Shown here: piece after piece, positions 30,718 to 41,615 of the stretch
Layout of the letters: every line of letters begins with the position of its first letter
How positions within the stretch are numbered: position 1 is the stretch's first letter
Source: a bacterium
Lineage (GTDB): Bacteria; UBA10199; 2-02-FULL-50-16; JAJFLM01
Reading direction: 5' to 3'
Length of the DNA stretch: 64,000 nucleotides
Assembly: GCA_965216315.1 (NCBI GenBank)
Contig: CBDCFN010000016.1
Coordinates: 2,272,001 to 2,336,000 of the forward strand
Program-made: the position numbers and the translations under genes
The notes under the pieces: generated by a model
Databases searched by the model: none
What the model saw: only the letters and a program-made list of their open reading frames with translations
What the model was told of the DNA's origin: nothing

Positions 30718-31126
30718 AAGTCTCTGCATCTTGTTGGTTGCGTTGTGTTTGACCTTTACCGCATGTCCCAAGCGGCCAACAACGCGTCCTCCCCGACCTG
30801 AGGTCGAACATCGCCGCCCCGAGGTCATTCGCCCCAACGGACAAGACTCGCCGGAACAAAAGGCCGCCGATCAACTGATCGTCGCGGGGATTGCCGCGCT
30901 CAAAGACGATGACGCGGAAAAAGCTGCAACTCATTTCGAGCAGGCCGTTCGCATCGCTTCCTCTTACGGTCCCGCCTACTATTGGCTGGCACGTGCCAAG
31001 TATGACCTCGACCAACTCACGCGCGCCTGGGATTTGCTCGACCGCGCGGAATTATTGATCGGCCATGAGAGCCGCTGGCTCGAGCGCATCGACCAGCTCC
31101 GCGCCGCAATTTCCGACGCACGGTAG
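30704..31126 (+). CDS. TPR lipoprotein, LpoP-like candidate PBP1B activator; start uncertain
   Basis: FTAC lipobox, Pro-rich linker, TPR helices; directly downstream of mrcB. Confidence 0.7.
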   Translation: MVRRGSLCILLVALCLTFTACPKRPTTRPPRPEVEHRRPEVIRPNGQDSPEQKAADQLIVAGIAALKDDDAEKAATHFEQAVRIASSYGPAYYWLARAKYDLDQLTRAWDLLDRAELLIGHESRWLERIDQLRAAISDAR

Positions 31127-31157
31127 CCCCTTTCCCCGCGCCCCAATAGCGAGTATA

Positions 31158-31667
31158 ATGAAGCCATTCGACATGGCGACACGGAAGCAGGCAGCAGCGG
31201 ACCCGAAGAAAAAGCCGGCCAAAAAGCGCGTCAAAAAAAAGCACGTCGTCGACTCAGTCAGATTCTCTAAACAATTAAAGTGGTTGGAGCCTTATCTGCG
31301 CCGGGCCAAGGACAAGATGCCCAGCCTGGAGCTGCCCCGCTACGTCCGTCCGTTCAAACCTTCAAAAAACAAGATCTTGAGGACGCTGGGCAATGCCTTC
31401 TTTGAAACCAAGACGATTTCACTCGCGACCCACGATCAGCTGCTCCAAAAGCAACCGGACAATACGTATCTGGTCTATCGCATCGTCAAACTGCATCGAA
31501 AACGCATCTTGGAAACCTTTGCGCACGAACTCGCCCACTTCCGCTATCCGGATCACAACTACGAACAGGAAGAGTATACCAAGTCGATTTTTAAGGCCTT
31601 CGAGATGAAAGAGACCTGCCCCACCTGCAAGGGCACGGGTAAGGTGCATGCCCTCTGTGAAAGCTAA
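31158..31667 (+). CDS. Putative HExxH zinc metallopeptidase-like protein with C-terminal CxxCxGxG motif
   Basis: TFAHELAHFRYPDH; CPTCKGTG; start ATG 31158 or 31173. Confidence 0.7.
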   Translation: MKPFDMATRKQAAADPKKKPAKKRVKKKHVVDSVRFSKQLKWLEPYLRRAKDKMPSLELPRYVRPFKPSKNKILRTLGNAFFETKTISLATHDQLLQKQPDNTYLVYRIVKLHRKRILETFAHELAHFRYPDHNYEQEEYTKSIFKAFEMKETCPTCKGTGKVHALCES

Positions 31668-31686
31668 ACCGACCTCACAGGGATGA

Positions 31687-31714
31687 GTAGCGGTTCAATG
31701 AATTGAACCGCTAC
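31687..31714. repeat. GTAG-type REP-like palindrome
   Basis: gtagcggttcaat-ga-attgaaccgctac between convergent genes. Confidence 0.65.
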
Positions 31715-31747
31715 CAACCCTGGAATGAGGAGGTCTCACCCTAGCTC

Positions 31748-32428
31748 TTAGTGAACCGGAGACTGCGTGAGGTGTTCACGGATCTGTGCAAGCGCATCCG
31801 GGTTATCACGGAAGTACGCCTGGGCCAACGACTGGGCATCCCGGCTACCGCCGACGTAAATATCCCGCGTCGCAATGGGCGCCACCGGTACGGCTGGTTC
31901 ATCCGGCGGATTTCCCGTCACGACGACGGGGGTCCGAACGGGCCCGCCTGCATTGGCAAGGGGCATGGCTCCGGCGGGTCGGCGGTTAGCAAAGTTTGCC
32001 GAAAAGGTCAGGGTCTGGCCCTGGTAACGAACGGTTGCCACATTGGAGTCGCTTAGATTCGGTACCGTACCCGGCTGACCGACTCCGCCGCGAGCCATCG
32101 TTCCCTGCGAGCGCGCGATGATCGCATCGACAGGACTAAACAGGTTGGCGGGTTGCCGCGTCGTGCCGCTATCCGGCGCTTGAGTGGCGCGTGCCACTAT
32201 CGGATTAGCAGGCGGGGGCGTCGGTTCGGGCAAACTCGCCAACAGATCCTCAGCTGGGTCCGCAGGGGCTGTTTGGCCGTGAGCTCGATCGTAAGTTGCA
32301 AGCGCTTCATCTACCGACTGCGTAATAGGATCTGCCGATGCTGTCGGGCTGGCTTGGCCGTGAGCTCGATCGTAAGATTGAAGGGCCGCGTCAACGACGG
32401 CCCCGATATCGATTGTATTTCCACCCAT
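31748..32428 (-). CDS. Hypothetical low-complexity protein with VDxALxxYD repeats
   Basis: AGGAG RBS; VDAALQSYDRAHGQ and VDEALATYDRAHGQ; paralog of 33598..34146. Confidence 0.75.
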   Translation of the reverse strand: MGGNTIDIGAVVDAALQSYDRAHGQASPTASADPITQSVDEALATYDRAHGQTAPADPAEDLLASLPEPTPPPANPIVARATQAPDSGTTRQPANLFSPVDAIIARSQGTMARGGVGQPGTVPNLSDSNVATVRYQGQTLTFSANFANRRPAGAMPLANAGGPVRTPVVVTGNPPDEPAVPVAPIATRDIYVGGSRDAQSLAQAYFRDNPDALAQIREHLTQSPVH

Positions 32429-32477
32429 GATAAGTCTCCTTGTTTTATACGGTTTTGGTTAAATCCTTCATTGGACA

Positions 32478-32503
32478 CAACGTTTCGCGTTCGGCTTCGA
32501 TAA
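32478..32503 (+). promoter_or_regulatory. Sigma-28-like promoter (CAAC-N15-TCGATAA)
   Basis: caac 32478-32481; tcgataa 32497-32503. Confidence 0.55.
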
Positions 32504-32535
32504 GGGTCGCGTCATGGGAATCAGACACTATTGTT

Positions 32536-33633
32536 ATGCCTGGATTCCAAAATCTCACGACCGTGGCCCGACGTCTGCGCGTCCATCTGCAGCAGCATCA
32601 CGGGCCGAATGACCCCGCGCTTGATCGCGGGATTCCTCTGCGCCGTTGGGCTGCCCCTTCTTCTTCCGGTCTCAGTTCCCAAGCCCCACAGCTTGTCCCG
32701 GGTCAGGCCGATACTCTGGTCAGCGTCCCGGAAATCTTTCAAGAAAGTCTGCGTCGTCTAGAACAAATTCGTTTTGGCTCGACTTCCTTTGCCAGGGAGG
32801 TGGCTTCAACCAACCCGACCGCCACTGACTTCTATAATGACTACCGCCGCGACGCGGCTTACTTTCCCCCCTGGCTCATCGATGATGGCAACCCCATCAA
32901 CTTGGCGGATCATGCCTTGCGGGCCCGTATCGATTCCGTCGTTCAGACAGCTCAGCGGGAAGCACAACGCAGGGGCCACCGACGGGGATCGGTCCCCTAC
33001 AATGACCTGGTTTTGACGCGGCTGTTGCAATCGCTCCGCCAGGCTCAAAGTGCCGGCGGTTTTGGCCTGAGCTACGTCTTCAGTGCCGGCAACCGCCATC
33101 GGCGCCGTAATGCCATCGAGGCCTTCGCCGCCCATCAAGGTGACTGCAATGCCTTCTCGTTTCTCTTCTACGCCTTGGCACGACGTGCGGGACTCAATCC
33201 CCGCTTCATCAGTATTCCGGGGGAGCGCCAAAGCTACACGGGACCGTTTCGGGCGATCTATCACGTCGGCGTCGCCGTCGAAGTTCGTCCCGGCGCCTTA
33301 CGGCCCTGTGATCCGAGTCGCGGGGTCCGTGTCGATGAAGGGCGTTATCAATGGTATCCGCTGACCAACCTCGAAATGCTGGCCAGTTTCCTGCGGGATG
33401 TCGGCCTCTACAATGTAAGTCGACCCGCAGAACAAGAGCAGATCTTGCTCCAGGCCTATCGACTGGCTCCGAACAGCTTCGACATCGCTCACGACGTCAG
33501 CTGGTTTTATCGGAACATCCGGCACAGCCCCCGAAGGGCTGCGCCCTACGTGCGTAGGGCGCAGCAGATTAATCCTTCGATGCAGCCGATCTGGGAATCA
33601 GTCCAGCGTCAGCGGGCCGGGCGTCCGAAGTAA
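32536..33633 (+). CDS. Transglutaminase-like (Cys-His-Asp) domain protein with C-terminal TPR-like helices
   Basis: GDCNAFSFLFYALARRAGL, YHVGVAV, CDPS; AYRLAP..AQQINP. Confidence 0.8.
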   Translation: MPGFQNLTTVARRLRVHLQQHHGPNDPALDRGIPLRRWAAPSSSGLSSQAPQLVPGQADTLVSVPEIFQESLRRLEQIRFGSTSFAREVASTNPTATDFYNDYRRDAAYFPPWLIDDGNPINLADHALRARIDSVVQTAQREAQRRGHRRGSVPYNDLVLTRLLQSLRQAQSAGGFGLSYVFSAGNRHRRRNAIEAFAAHQGDCNAFSFLFYALARRAGLNPRFISIPGERQSYTGPFRAIYHVGVAVEVRPGALRPCDPSRGVRVDEGRYQWYPLTNLEMLASFLRDVGLYNVSRPAEQEQILLQAYRLAPNSFDIAHDVSWFYRNIRHSPRRAAPYVRRAQQINPSMQPIWESVQRQRAGRPK

Positions 33634-34146
33634 CGCCGCACGGTCATTGGGACGGGCCCAAAGAGTCTGACCGCCGTGGCTGCGAACCGCGACAAAACCT
33701 TCGCTGGGCGCGCTGGCGCCAGCAGACGTCACGATGACCGGATGACCTTGGATGGTGCCGGTGCGAACACTCGGCGTTCCGCTCCCACCACGGGCCATTG
33801 GCGTATCCGAGGTTACAGGAGCGTCAATAGGACGCTCGGTTACAGGTCTCGGCTGACTAAAACGAGCGGCACTGCGTGCCACTGCGCCAGCAGTAGGAGC
33901 ACTACCGCTCGTCGATCCATTGTGGTTGGCATCATAAGAAGCGAGTGCACTATTCACCTGCGGTTCAACAGCGTTGTTATCATAGGAGTCTAACGCAGCA
34001 TCGACGATGGCGACCGTTTGGCGCGCCTCAGGTGTGGTTGCGGGAGCATCAGACAGCGGCACGGAATCGAGTAATTCCGTATTCGGTTCAGGCGCGGCCT
34101 GTTGCATGAGAGTTTCAAGACTTGGTCTAATAGTATTATCCCCCAT
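33598..34146 (-). CDS. Hypothetical low-complexity protein with VDxALxSYD repeats
   Basis: GGAGG RBS before ATG 34146; VDAALDSYD, VNSALASYD, MARGG. Confidence 0.75.
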   Translation of the reverse strand: MGDNTIRPSLETLMQQAAPEPNTELLDSVPLSDAPATTPEARQTVAIVDAALDSYDNNAVEPQVNSALASYDANHNGSTSGSAPTAGAVARSAARFSQPRPVTERPIDAPVTSDTPMARGGSGTPSVRTGTIQGHPVIVTSAGASAPSEGFVAVRSHGGQTLWARPNDRAALLRTPGPLTLD

Positions 34147-34194
34147 TGTATTTACCTCCTCAAGTAAAAGGGTGAATTGTTTGAGCACTACTAG

Positions 34195-34211
34195 AGCAAA
34201 GAGTGTGCCAG
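34195..34211 (-). promoter_or_regulatory. Sigma-54 -24/-12 promoter
   Basis: Minus strand CTGGCACACTCTTTGCT (GG-N10-GC). Confidence 0.7.
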
Positions 34212-34297
34212 CAGAGGCATTTAGGAATAAAAGTTATAACACTATGAAAGTATTATGAGTATCGTACGTGAGGTGGGAGGTCGCCAGGACCTAAAAC

Positions 34298-34334
34298 GTG
34301 AACAACGTGAACATATATTGTTTACGTTGTTCAC
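34298..34334. promoter_or_regulatory. Inverted repeat, candidate upstream activator site
   Basis: gtgaacaacgtgaaca-tatat-tgtttacgttgttcac. Confidence 0.55.
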
Positions 34335-34392
34335 ACTATTGTGGGCTCAAAAGGAAATTGCACCTCTGCCCGGAATGGCATAGAGCTGCTGC

Positions 34393-34896
34393 ATGGCGAC
34401 CAAGATCTTCATCGACGGCTACAATCTCCTCTGGGCCTCCGACACCCATCGCCCCGAGGCGATTCGCAACTTCGAGCACTCACGCGAAGAGTTGATCCAA
34501 CGCCTCGCCGGCAGTCCGCGGCTCGCGCGCCATCAAGTCACAATTGTTTTTGACGCGCACAAAACGGACGCCTACGACCTGAGTTCAGAAACCATCGATG
34601 GGATTGAGGTCCAGTTTACCAGGCAGGGCCAATCCGCCGACAGCGTGCTCAAAAAGCTGGCGCGTCAACATGGCAGTGCGGCCGTCATCATTAGTTCGGA
34701 TCGAGAAGTCGCGCGTTATGCGGAAAAAAGGGGTTGCGGCGTATTAGGCTCTCATGAATTTGACCTCCTCTTGGATAGTCCACCGGCCAGTGAGGATGAC
34801 GCCTTCGAGGACGCCGACGAGATCAGTTATAGCAAAAAAGGACCCGCGCGCCGTGACCCCAAAGCACGGCGTCGCGCCCTCGCGCGGCTGCGCTAG
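34393..34896 (+). CDS. NYN-domain (YacP/Rae1-like) RNase
   Basis: IFIDGYNL, IVFDA, SAD, IISSDREV. Confidence 0.88.
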   Translation: MATKIFIDGYNLLWASDTHRPEAIRNFEHSREELIQRLAGSPRLARHQVTIVFDAHKTDAYDLSSETIDGIEVQFTRQGQSADSVLKKLARQHGSAAVIISSDREVARYAEKRGCGVLGSHEFDLLLDSPPASEDDAFEDADEISYSKKGPARRDPKARRRALARLR

Positions 34897-34910
34897 GCCT
34901 ATTCCCTCAC

Positions 34911-35249
34911 TTAATGAACCTGCTGGGCAACGGGAATCGCTAATTGACGCCGCCCGATCGCCAAGGCCGTGACGAGGCCGCCCTCAAAGTAGGCCCCGAT
35001 CTGCGCCTCCAAACGTTGTTTGATGAAGCGAAAGGGACCGGGCTCACAACTGAGCGGTTCCGCGTAAATATCCGCGCGAACATTGGTCATCCGGCCCTCG
35101 CCGGTCACTGTATAAGTAAATCGAACCAGCCCATTAAATGAGTAAGGGACTCGAGAGACGATTCTCTGTACCCCGCGTACCAGCTCCGCTTGGGTCCACT
35201 CCGGTTCGGCAGACTCTATCCTCAGTGTGGAATCGATATGGTGTGACAT
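34911..35249 (-). CDS. Hypothetical protein
   Basis: GGAGG RBS and sigma-54 promoter upstream. Confidence 0.65.
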   Translation of the reverse strand: MSHHIDSTLRIESAEPEWTQAELVRGVQRIVSRVPYSFNGLVRFTYTVTGEGRMTNVRADIYAEPLSCEPGPFRFIKQRLEAQIGAYFEGGLVTALAIGRRQLAIPVAQQVH

Positions 35250-35277
35250 GCTTACCCTCCTTAATGCCCACTAACGT

Positions 35278-35294
35278 AGCAAGTACCATGCCAA
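35278..35294 (-). promoter_or_regulatory. Sigma-54 -24/-12 promoter
   Basis: Minus strand TTGGCATGGTACTTGCT (GG-N10-GC). Confidence 0.7.
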
Positions 35295-35354
35295 AAAAAT
35301 CGCGTTCATTTTTTGGACCCAGTTGAAATCATTCAGTAAAGTTATCAACAGATT

Positions 35355-35386
35355 TTCTCATTTTGATAACGTTATCAAAATGAGAA
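35355..35386. promoter_or_regulatory. Perfect 32-bp palindrome, candidate activator site
   Basis: ttctcattttgataac|gttatcaaaatgagaa. Confidence 0.6.
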
Positions 35387-35502
35387 TGTGGAAACGGGTC
35401 ATCGCAAATATCCTTTTATTTTATCGATAGTTCGCAGCGATATCTGGAGTGAGCTAGGCGCAGGAGTGACCTAGGGTGCCGAAATTGTGAGCGAAGCAAT
35501 TG

Positions 35503-35576
35503 TCGGGGAGACAGGATTTGAACCTGCGACCCCTGCGTCCCGAACGCAGTGCTCTACCAGGCTGAGCTACTCCCCG
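35503..35576 (-). tRNA. tRNA-Pro(CGG)
   Basis: CGGGGAGTAGCTCAGCCTGGTAGAGCA-CTGCG-TTCGGGA-CGCAG...GGTTCAAATCC..CTCCCCGA; CCA not encoded. Confidence 0.95.
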
Positions 35577-35784
35577 TAATAATGGGGGTGTGTGCTTCGC
35601 CAAGCTAGCTTGGAACACACCCTTCTTACTATCGCGCCGTTTGCCTCGTGCCCTCCGCGGCACGAGTTTACCGGCTTGATCCCCCAAACCCCCGCTCCTC
35701 GATAAGCAAAGCTTTCTCGGAACGACGGCTCGACCGAAGCGAATGATGTCCTAAATTTCTGCGGAAAAAGCAAAGGAATATCCT

Positions 35785-36759
35785 TTAGGACCCTGACATC
35801 ACGACACCGCGAGGCGGGGTAAAGGTCAAGTGCCCGCGTCCCGCCTGGGTAAAGGCCATCGAGCGCAAGATTTCATGAGGGGTCGAGGTTGCGTCATCCA
35901 CGGTCGCCAAGAGAACGTAGCCACAACCGGCGTGATACGCCGACCCCTTTTTATAAGGGACGGGATGGTATTCGGTGCCCTCAATGACGTACGGATCCCC
36001 TCCCTCGCCGGCTTGGGGAATGCCTGCCTGACCCACGGGGGCTATCATGACATTGTCGAAGGTCCGCGTATAGGTCACACCCTCCGCCGTGCGTCCCGTC
36101 ACTCCCAGCTGTCCTGCCACCGGGTTAAAAGGGCCCTGGAGAGGAAGACGAATCGAATCACTGGAAAGATGGGACGTCCCGCCAAAACGAATGTCGCTGG
36201 CCAGATAAACCTGAGCCCCGTCGCTACCTTCCACCGTCTTACCGGCGATCGAGACGAGGAGCCCCTCGAGCTCCGTCGATTGACTCAAGGCCGTCTGAAT
36301 ATCACGGACCAGTGCCTGCTCCTGGCTGTCACTAAGATCCAATCCCGAGGCGAAGACCTGCACGCGGTCCAGAGACGCCATGGTCAGCCCCTCGGTATTC
36401 GCAACCGTCGCATCGAGATAAATCATCAAGGATCCGGTATCGAGACGGGTGTAGCGATCGCCCAAGGCTCCGGTCAGGGTCTCTCCCACGATTCGATTGA
36501 CCTCCGGATTGGAGAGGCGATGGCCGGGGTCCGACATGGGCGGCGTCGACGCTGAAGAGGCCGGGAGGGTCCGTGCCATCACGGATGTACCGCCGTTGGC
36601 ACCTGAAGACCCCGCCATCGCTTGAAACGAACGGCTTACCTCGGCCTCCGTCATAGTTGGCTCGGCCGCTACGGCGGTATCACTGGATACAAATTGTGCT
36701 GTATTGATATCGGCCATGGTGCGAACCATGGCGCTTCCTTGAATAATTGTTTCAGACAT
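35785..36759 (-). CDS. Hypothetical protein
   Basis: GGAGG RBS before ATG 36759; upstream promoter/box cassette. Confidence 0.7.
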   Translation of the reverse strand: MSETIIQGSAMVRTMADINTAQFVSSDTAVAAEPTMTEAEVSRSFQAMAGSSGANGGTSVMARTLPASSASTPPMSDPGHRLSNPEVNRIVGETLTGALGDRYTRLDTGSLMIYLDATVANTEGLTMASLDRVQVFASGLDLSDSQEQALVRDIQTALSQSTELEGLLVSIAGKTVEGSDGAQVYLASDIRFGGTSHLSSDSIRLPLQGPFNPVAGQLGVTGRTAEGVTYTRTFDNVMIAPVGQAGIPQAGEGGDPYVIEGTEYHPVPYKKGSAYHAGCGYVLLATVDDATSTPHEILRSMAFTQAGRGHLTFTPPRGVVMSGS

Positions 36760-36845
36760 TACACACCTCCATGCCTTATTTATTTTCGTCACAATACTCA
36801 GGGCAGTTGTGAATGGCGCCGAGATTCAGTGTACTCTCAGTACAC
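36760..36845 (-). promoter_or_regulatory. Cassette: GTGTAC-N5-GTACAC box, CAAC-N16-ACGAAAA promoter, GGAGGTGTGT RBS
   Basis: Box 36829-36845; gttg 36806-36809; ttttcgt 36783-36789; same layout at 48469-48554. Confidence 0.7.
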
Positions 36846-36950
36846 GATATTATATGTTATAACTATTTGTTTTTATTTATTATTCTATCTATTCTATTTT
36901 TTATGTGATTATATATGAAGGAGTTAAAAGTACACGAGGCGAGAACGCAG

Positions 36951-36976
36951 CAACTTAGAATTAATGCCGTCGATAA
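36951..36976 (+). promoter_or_regulatory. Sigma-28-like promoter (GCAAC-N15-TCGATAA)
   Basis: caac 36951-36954; tcgataa 36970-36976. Confidence 0.6.
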
Positions 36977-37000
36977 GACCTCGACTCAAGTGAGGGAGGC

Positions 37001-37912
37001 TTGTGTGGTGTGAGTGGAAACTTCTGTAAACCCTTAAAAGATCAAGATCCGACCGCTCATGCGCTCTGTAACCAACTGCGTCATGCCGGCGTCACGAGGG
37101 ACACACTCGACCAAGGTTCGACTCGCCCTGACTACCAGAACTTCGGCCGTCACCAACTCGAGGTCACCGACACGTCCGGTTTCTCAATGGCGCACAATGG
37201 CGTCCTTGAAATCGCAGAAATTTATGACGCGGCCCTAGCCGCTGCGAGCCTGGCCTGGCAGCAACCCAGCCGGTACCACGTCGACCCTCGGTCGCAACTA
37301 GCCATCCCTTGGCTCCCATCGACCGGCAGTGGTGACACCTCAGTGGATCGCCAACTAGAAGCCTTGATCCAAAATCCAGCCGCGGCCCTGCCCACCCATG
37401 AACCTCCGGGTAGCCCGGCCGCCCATCGTCAGCTGGCCCAACTCCTTTATACAATCTTGTTACCGGCACTGAACCCAGGGACAGACCTTGACGCCTACCT
37501 CTATGCTTCCTACTGCCGCAAACTCGGCATTGTCGCCCAACCGATAGAGTTGACCCTGTCCGATCGCGTACTGATCGGACTCCAGCTCGATCCCCAGTGG
37601 CCCAACCACCTGACATTTGTCGACTTTACGAGAGGGCCGCGCGGTTTTGACGTGACCCTCTTTGCCGGCGATTGGGTCGCCATCTCCGAGCGAGAGCTGC
37701 TCGCCTATCATTATCTCCAGCAAGCGGCCCAACCCCAGGGACTCCAGCGGGCCCTCATGATCGCCCCGCAGAACTACCGCGTCATTGCCGCCGAGGCCCG
37801 CTTCTTAATGGAAAACGGTTCGCGTGATCAGGCCTGCCAGCGGCTCCGCGAGAGCCTCCGCCTCAACGCCGTCTTCGCCGGCGCCAGTCAGATGTACGCC
37901 CATGACTGCTAA
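37001..37912 (+). CDS. Hypothetical protein, degenerate transglutaminase-like plus TPR; distant paralog of 32536..33633
   Basis: AYLYASYCRKLGI, VLIGLQL, FVD, W.AISERELLA, ALMIAP..SLRLN; catalytic Cys/His not evident. Confidence 0.6.
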   Translation: MCGVSGNFCKPLKDQDPTAHALCNQLRHAGVTRDTLDQGSTRPDYQNFGRHQLEVTDTSGFSMAHNGVLEIAEIYDAALAAASLAWQQPSRYHVDPRSQLAIPWLPSTGSGDTSVDRQLEALIQNPAAALPTHEPPGSPAAHRQLAQLLYTILLPALNPGTDLDAYLYASYCRKLGIVAQPIELTLSDRVLIGLQLDPQWPNHLTFVDFTRGPRGFDVTLFAGDWVAISERELLAYHYLQQAAQPQGLQRALMIAPQNYRVIAAEARFLMENGSRDQACQRLRESLRLNAVFAGASQMYAHDC

Positions 37913-37959
37913 CACACGCGCACCGTGACAAAGTTGCAGGGCTCTGTTAGGCCCAAGGC

Positions 37960-40035
<2,076 letters not shown>

Positions 40036-40047
40036 GAAATAGACACT

Positions 40048-40608
40048 ATGCTGTTAGACATCGTTAAATACCCGAACCCGGAACTCACGAAGGCCTGTGC
40101 CCCCGTTGACGCCGTTAATCAGGACATCCGTCAACTCGTGACCGATATGTTCGAAACCATGTACGCCAATCAGGGCGTCGGGTTGGCGGCCCCCCAGGTA
40201 GGCGTCCCTCTCGACCTACTCGTTATCGACGTCGGGCGGCTCGAAAATGAAGAGACTAAGCCGGACCCGATTGCCTTGATCAATCCTCAACTTAAGAGCC
40301 AAGAAGGCAAAATTATCTGGGAAGAAGGCTGCCTTTCGTTGCCTGAGCTCATCGTCCCGGTCGAGCGTTCCGCCAAGGTCGTCGTGACGGCCCTCAATCC
40401 GGATGGAAAGGAAATTACCCTCCTCGGGGAAGAACTACTGGCCGTTGCCCTCCAGCACGAGATCGACCACCTCAACGGCATCCTCCTCGTCGACAAGGTC
40501 TCGCGGCTCAAGCGTGACCTCTATCGCAAAAAATTGGCTAAGCATGAGGTCATCGAGGAATCGATCGAGGCCCCCGCCGTAGCCAGTCGAAAACCTTATC
40601 TGGGGTAG
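40048..40608 (+). CDS. def: Peptide deformylase
   Basis: GVGLAAPQVG, EGCLS, QHEIDHLNG. Confidence 0.97.
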   Translation: MLLDIVKYPNPELTKACAPVDAVNQDIRQLVTDMFETMYANQGVGLAAPQVGVPLDLLVIDVGRLENEETKPDPIALINPQLKSQEGKIIWEEGCLSLPELIVPVERSAKVVVTALNPDGKEITLLGEELLAVALQHEIDHLNGILLVDKVSRLKRDLYRKKLAKHEVIEESIEAPAVASRKPYLG

Positions 40609-40613
40609 AAGCG

Positions 40614-41615
40614 ATGACGTCACCCCTTCGCATCCTCTTTATGGGTAGTCCCGCCGCTGCGGTCCCCTGTCTCGATTATCTCCATGAATCAGAACATGAG
40701 CTGGTCGCCGTCGTCACGCAACCGGATCGTCCGGTGGGGCGCGGCCGCCACCTGACTCCTTGTGCCGTCGCGGCGCGCGCCCGCGAATTGGATCTGCCCC
40801 TCTATCAGCCCGACAAATTGACACAACCTCCCTTCAGCGACACCCTCAAGCCGCTCGCGATCGACCTCGCCATCGTCGTCGCCTACGGCAAGCTGTTGAG
40901 ACCTGATATACTGCAAGCCCCCCGCTATGGCTGTTGGAATGTCCACTTCTCGCTCCTGCCCAAGTATCGCGGGGCGGCCCCCTGTCAATGGGCCCTCATC
41001 AATGGCGAAGCTGAGACGGGCATCAGTATCATTCGCCTGGTTGAGGCGCTGGACGCCGGCCCGATTCTCAACCAGGCCCGCACTCCCATCGATGCCAACG
41101 AAACGGCGGGTGAGCTACTGACGCGACTCGCCGCACAAAGCCCGGCGCTCCTTGCGAAGACCCTCAAGGAGCTCCAAATGGATCGCCTCAATGAAACGGT
41201 CCAGGATGACGCAGCGGCCAGCCTCGCCCCCATCCTCAAAAAGGAGGATGGCCACTTGGATTGGACGCAGAACGCGCTTCAGCTCAAGAACCGAATTCGG
41301 GGACTCAACCCCTGGCCCGGGGCCTATAGTTATTTGCCCCATGAGATAGGCTCGGCGCCATCACACAGGGGACCCTCCGTTGACAAGATCCGGCTGAAAA
41401 TCTACAGTGCCCAAACCGTCACATCACCGGGCCCTGAAGCTAACAAGGCAAGCCCGGGAACAATACTCCAGGCGGACATCAAAGCGGGACTCTGGGTGGC
41501 CTGTGGCGACGGCGCCCTGCAAATCGACGAACTCCAGTCCCCTGGGAAGAAACGCATGCGTGCCGCCGATTTTTTACGGGGGCACCCGCTCAATGAGGAG
41601 TCACAGCTCTTATGA
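40614..41615 (+). CDS. fmt: Methionyl-tRNA formyltransferase
   Basis: FMGSP, VVTQPDRP.GRG, NVHFSLLPKYRGAAP, LDAGPI, NPWPGAY. Confidence 0.96.
   Translation: MTSPLRILFMGSPAAAVPCLDYLHESEHELVAVVTQPDRPVGRGRHLTPCAVAARARELDLPLYQPDKLTQPPFSDTLKPLAIDLAIVVAYGKLLRPDILQAPRYGCWNVHFSLLPKYRGAAPCQWALINGEAETGISIIRLVEALDAGPILNQARTPIDANETAGELLTRLAAQSPALLAKTLKELQMDRLNETVQDDAAASLAPILKKEDGHLDWTQNALQLKNRIRGLNPWPGAYSYLPHEIGSAPSHRGPSVDKIRLKIYSAQTVTSPGPEANKASPGTILQADIKAGLWVACGDGALQIDELQSPGKKRMRAADFLRGHPLNEESQLL

Noticed and set aside
34376..34390. tggcatagagctgct as a sigma-54 promoter
   Set aside because: GG-to-GC spacing is 9, not 10, and it abuts the start codon
41335..41390. About 15 extra residues in Fmt (PHEIGSAPSHRGPSV) as another repeat insertion
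   Set aside because: No second copy or clear palindrome in this window; may be an ordinary variable loop
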